Shown: positions 61,900 to 64,000 of the stretch, piece after piece | How positions within the stretch are numbered: the stretch's first letter is position 1 | Layout of the letters: every line of letters starts with the position of its first letter | Source of the DNA: Marsupella aquatica | Lineage: Eukaryota; Plantae; Marchantiophyta | Assembly (NCBI GenBank): GCA_973895155.1 | Contig: OZ316899.1 | Coordinates: 16,147,974 to 16,211,973 of the forward strand | Reading direction: 5' to 3' | DNA: 64,000 nt | Program-made: the position numbers and the translations under genes | The notes under the pieces: generated by a model | Databases searched by the model: none | What the model was told of the DNA's origin: nothing | The model's input: only the letters and a program-made list of their open reading frames with translations

Positions 61900-64000
61900 G
61901 TTTGCACTGAAGGAGGAACTTGGTGAACCTCAGTGGTGGACCTTGCCACCCAGCGCCCTCACCAATCCCCCAACACTCACGCCTAAGTGCCCCTAGTGCC
62001 CAAACGCCTCCACGGAATACCTTGAGCAAGCAACTTAGTGCCCCTTGCATTGCCCGCGGCCCCTTCCATACGAAGCCGCACTTGCTTTCCAACACAACCG
62101 CTACTCAACGGTCCTCACTATCTGCACAAGCAACCAAGCACCTTGGTAAGAAACCCTTCAGGATCTAGAACTTGCCAAGTCTAGCATCCTAACTCAAGCT
62201 CAACAGACATTGGTAAATAGGTCAGCAATAGGTCCTCCCAATGCCATAAGCCAGATTCAGAACCCACGCCCACTGTTCCTCCAAAACAGCTCCTTCCTTG
62301 GGTGCGGCTTGGGTTCCCCTTCGTACCTACCCATCACAAACTCGCCGCCCTGACCCCAGGACATGCTCATGGCCCAAGTAGCGTAGCTTGTCCTAAAGCT
62401 TGTCCCAACATGCCGGGACCATAATGGCCCCGACTCTAGCAACCAACTCCCAATTTGCCTCACTGATGGTCTAGGGGCCGAACACTCTTGGAACTCAACC
62501 TCCACACCTACTTGGGCTTGCCTCCCCAACGCAAGCTCCCTTGGGAGACTGAACGCGGCTTGGCTGTTGTTCGATAGGATTTGGCAAGCGGGCGAGTGAA
62601 CATGCGCAAAAACCAAGAACCCATGGCACCCCAAGACCCAGATGAGCTCTAAAGGACGTAGCCCTCCTCGAGAGCTTTCCAACGCACCCAAGAAGTCCTC
62701 CAACAGACTTCCCGTTGGGAAGATATCGCCATTTCTGTTTGGCGCTTTCCCTTCGTGTCGCGACCGCCGCGGCTCACAACTTTGGTTCGCCCTTGGCCTC
62801 TAGGGAGATACCACTCCCCTCATATATGCCAGTTGATGGCGCGCCCAATATGCCCCTAAACTCCAACTCGGATCCTATCGCGCATACTGGGCGCGCCATC
62901 AATTGGCAACGCCCATAACTTTCTCGTTAGGCATCCACAAGCGGAGTGCCTTAGCCCGTTGTGATCAGGCCAACCCAGTGCTCATGCCTAGGCTCTCAGG
63001 TCTCATCGCCGCTCGGGGTCCCCGATCGGCCAAACCCGGATCAGGCCATAACTCACGCCCCAAGCATCCGTTGCCGATGGCGTCAACTCCATTGGCCTTG
63101 GGCCCAAGAGGAGCTCACACTCAAGCCCTCATAACTTAAAGTTTGTCCGAGGCCCAAATGGTTGACCTTGAGTCCGGCCCCTTTCCCCTTGATCCGACCA
63201 GCTCTTAGCTTGCCTAAGTCCTTAGTGTGTGTCACCAGCTTGGCTCCTTGCCTTTGCTAGTGCCACGTCTCATTTCCCACAAGTCTCCCCATGCTAAGTC
63301 CTCCCCGGATGGCCTATCCGGGCCTGGACCATAAGGGAGCTCAGCGTCAGAGTTAGCAACGCCGGAGCTAAGTGTTAAGGTAATCGAGTTCCGTGACTTG
63401 CACCCCCCCTTAAAAATGGTCACGTCCGCGTGACCTTAGTAAACGTTCCACCACGCCTAGACCACTTTAGGTCTTAAAATTTTTATGAGGTAACAAATCG
63501 TTTGCCCATAAGGCTGATGCAAACCAGGTTGGTGTGCGCATTCCAGACTTAGGAAATTCCAACCTATCCGACTTATCCAAGTAGGATGCTAGTCCAAGCG
63601 GGTAAGCTAACTCCAAACTTGTCGGACCCATTGTCCTTGCCTTGGGGTACTCCCCTTTGGTTTGAACCAGCTTGCTCACAGATGTAAGGCGGACACCATC
63701 AACTTCCACTCGCAAAAAGCAAATTGGCCGCCCAACAACCTCTAGCACCAACGCAATCCAACTTTATCCTTAAGAGGCCGAGAGGAGTGAAACTAGGATA
63801 CAACTCACAAAGGTAGTTATAGTTGCCTATACCAGTTCACAATGGCGGTAGGCCGCTTTGCTTATGATAGCTTCCAAGGATCTCTGAGGCATTACCCAAA
63901 TTTTCTTTCGGTTCCCAAGTACTCTCGGCCTGATCATAGCCAGCCCACTTCACAAAATACTCCAAGATTTGCCTTCCCAACTTGCGTTTGTAACGGTGGT
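61900..64000 (-). mobile_element. Degenerate Ty3/gypsy-like remnants (3' internal region, LTR, gag-like segment)
   Basis: PPT-like AAGGGGGGG just upstream (minus strand) of the repeat 63051-63398. Frameshifted GH..RREC zinc-knuckle trace near 61975-62000. Confidence 0.5.
63051..63398 (-). repeat. ~350-bp LTR-like repeat, copy 2
   Basis: Direct repeat of 57729-58077, preceded by a polypurine tract on the minus strand. Confidence 0.75.

Noticed and set aside
57729-63398. Single intact LTR retrotransposon bounded by the two 350-bp repeats
   Set aside because: No shared TSD, the copies are diverged, the PPT lies outside the pair, and the interior is a mixture of unrelated fragments.

Overview
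Eukaryotic DNA, most likely from a non-flowering land plant (inference from GT-AG introns, TTTAGGG tracts and the TE families present). It is a nested transposon pile with no recognisable cellular gene, tRNA, intact rRNA or CRISPR. Target-site duplications (TSDs) and rejoined reading frames give the nesting order. A GCM-domain Mutator-like transposase (minus, ~2557-32459) was split by a hAT-like MITE (4452-4880) and by a ~4.6 kb ORF-bearing solo LTR (5097-31423, TSD GAATG). That LTR was then hit by a CACTA element (5375-16018, TSD CTA), a non-coding LTR element with identical LTRs (27946-30908, TSD CAATT) and the most interesting unit: an 8.1 kb TIR transposon (18300-26420, TSD TGAA). This unit carries an intact Sola-like DDE transposase head-to-head with a spliced ParB-like + beta-class amino-DNA-methyltransferase gene, and is studded with a TCATGA palindrome. 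A second, older element of the same design lies at ~35400-55010. Its ParB-MTase-like gene is extended by Ulp1 protease and FCP1 phosphatase domains, and it has its own 19-bp palindrome. It is interrupted by a second CACTA (39072-49254, TSD AGT) whose first TnpD exon can splice either to the transposase or to a SET-domain exon. The right end holds a mini-CACTA with a 5S-like segment, a third ParB-like fragment and gypsy remnants. Domain calls are from motifs read by eye, not database searches.
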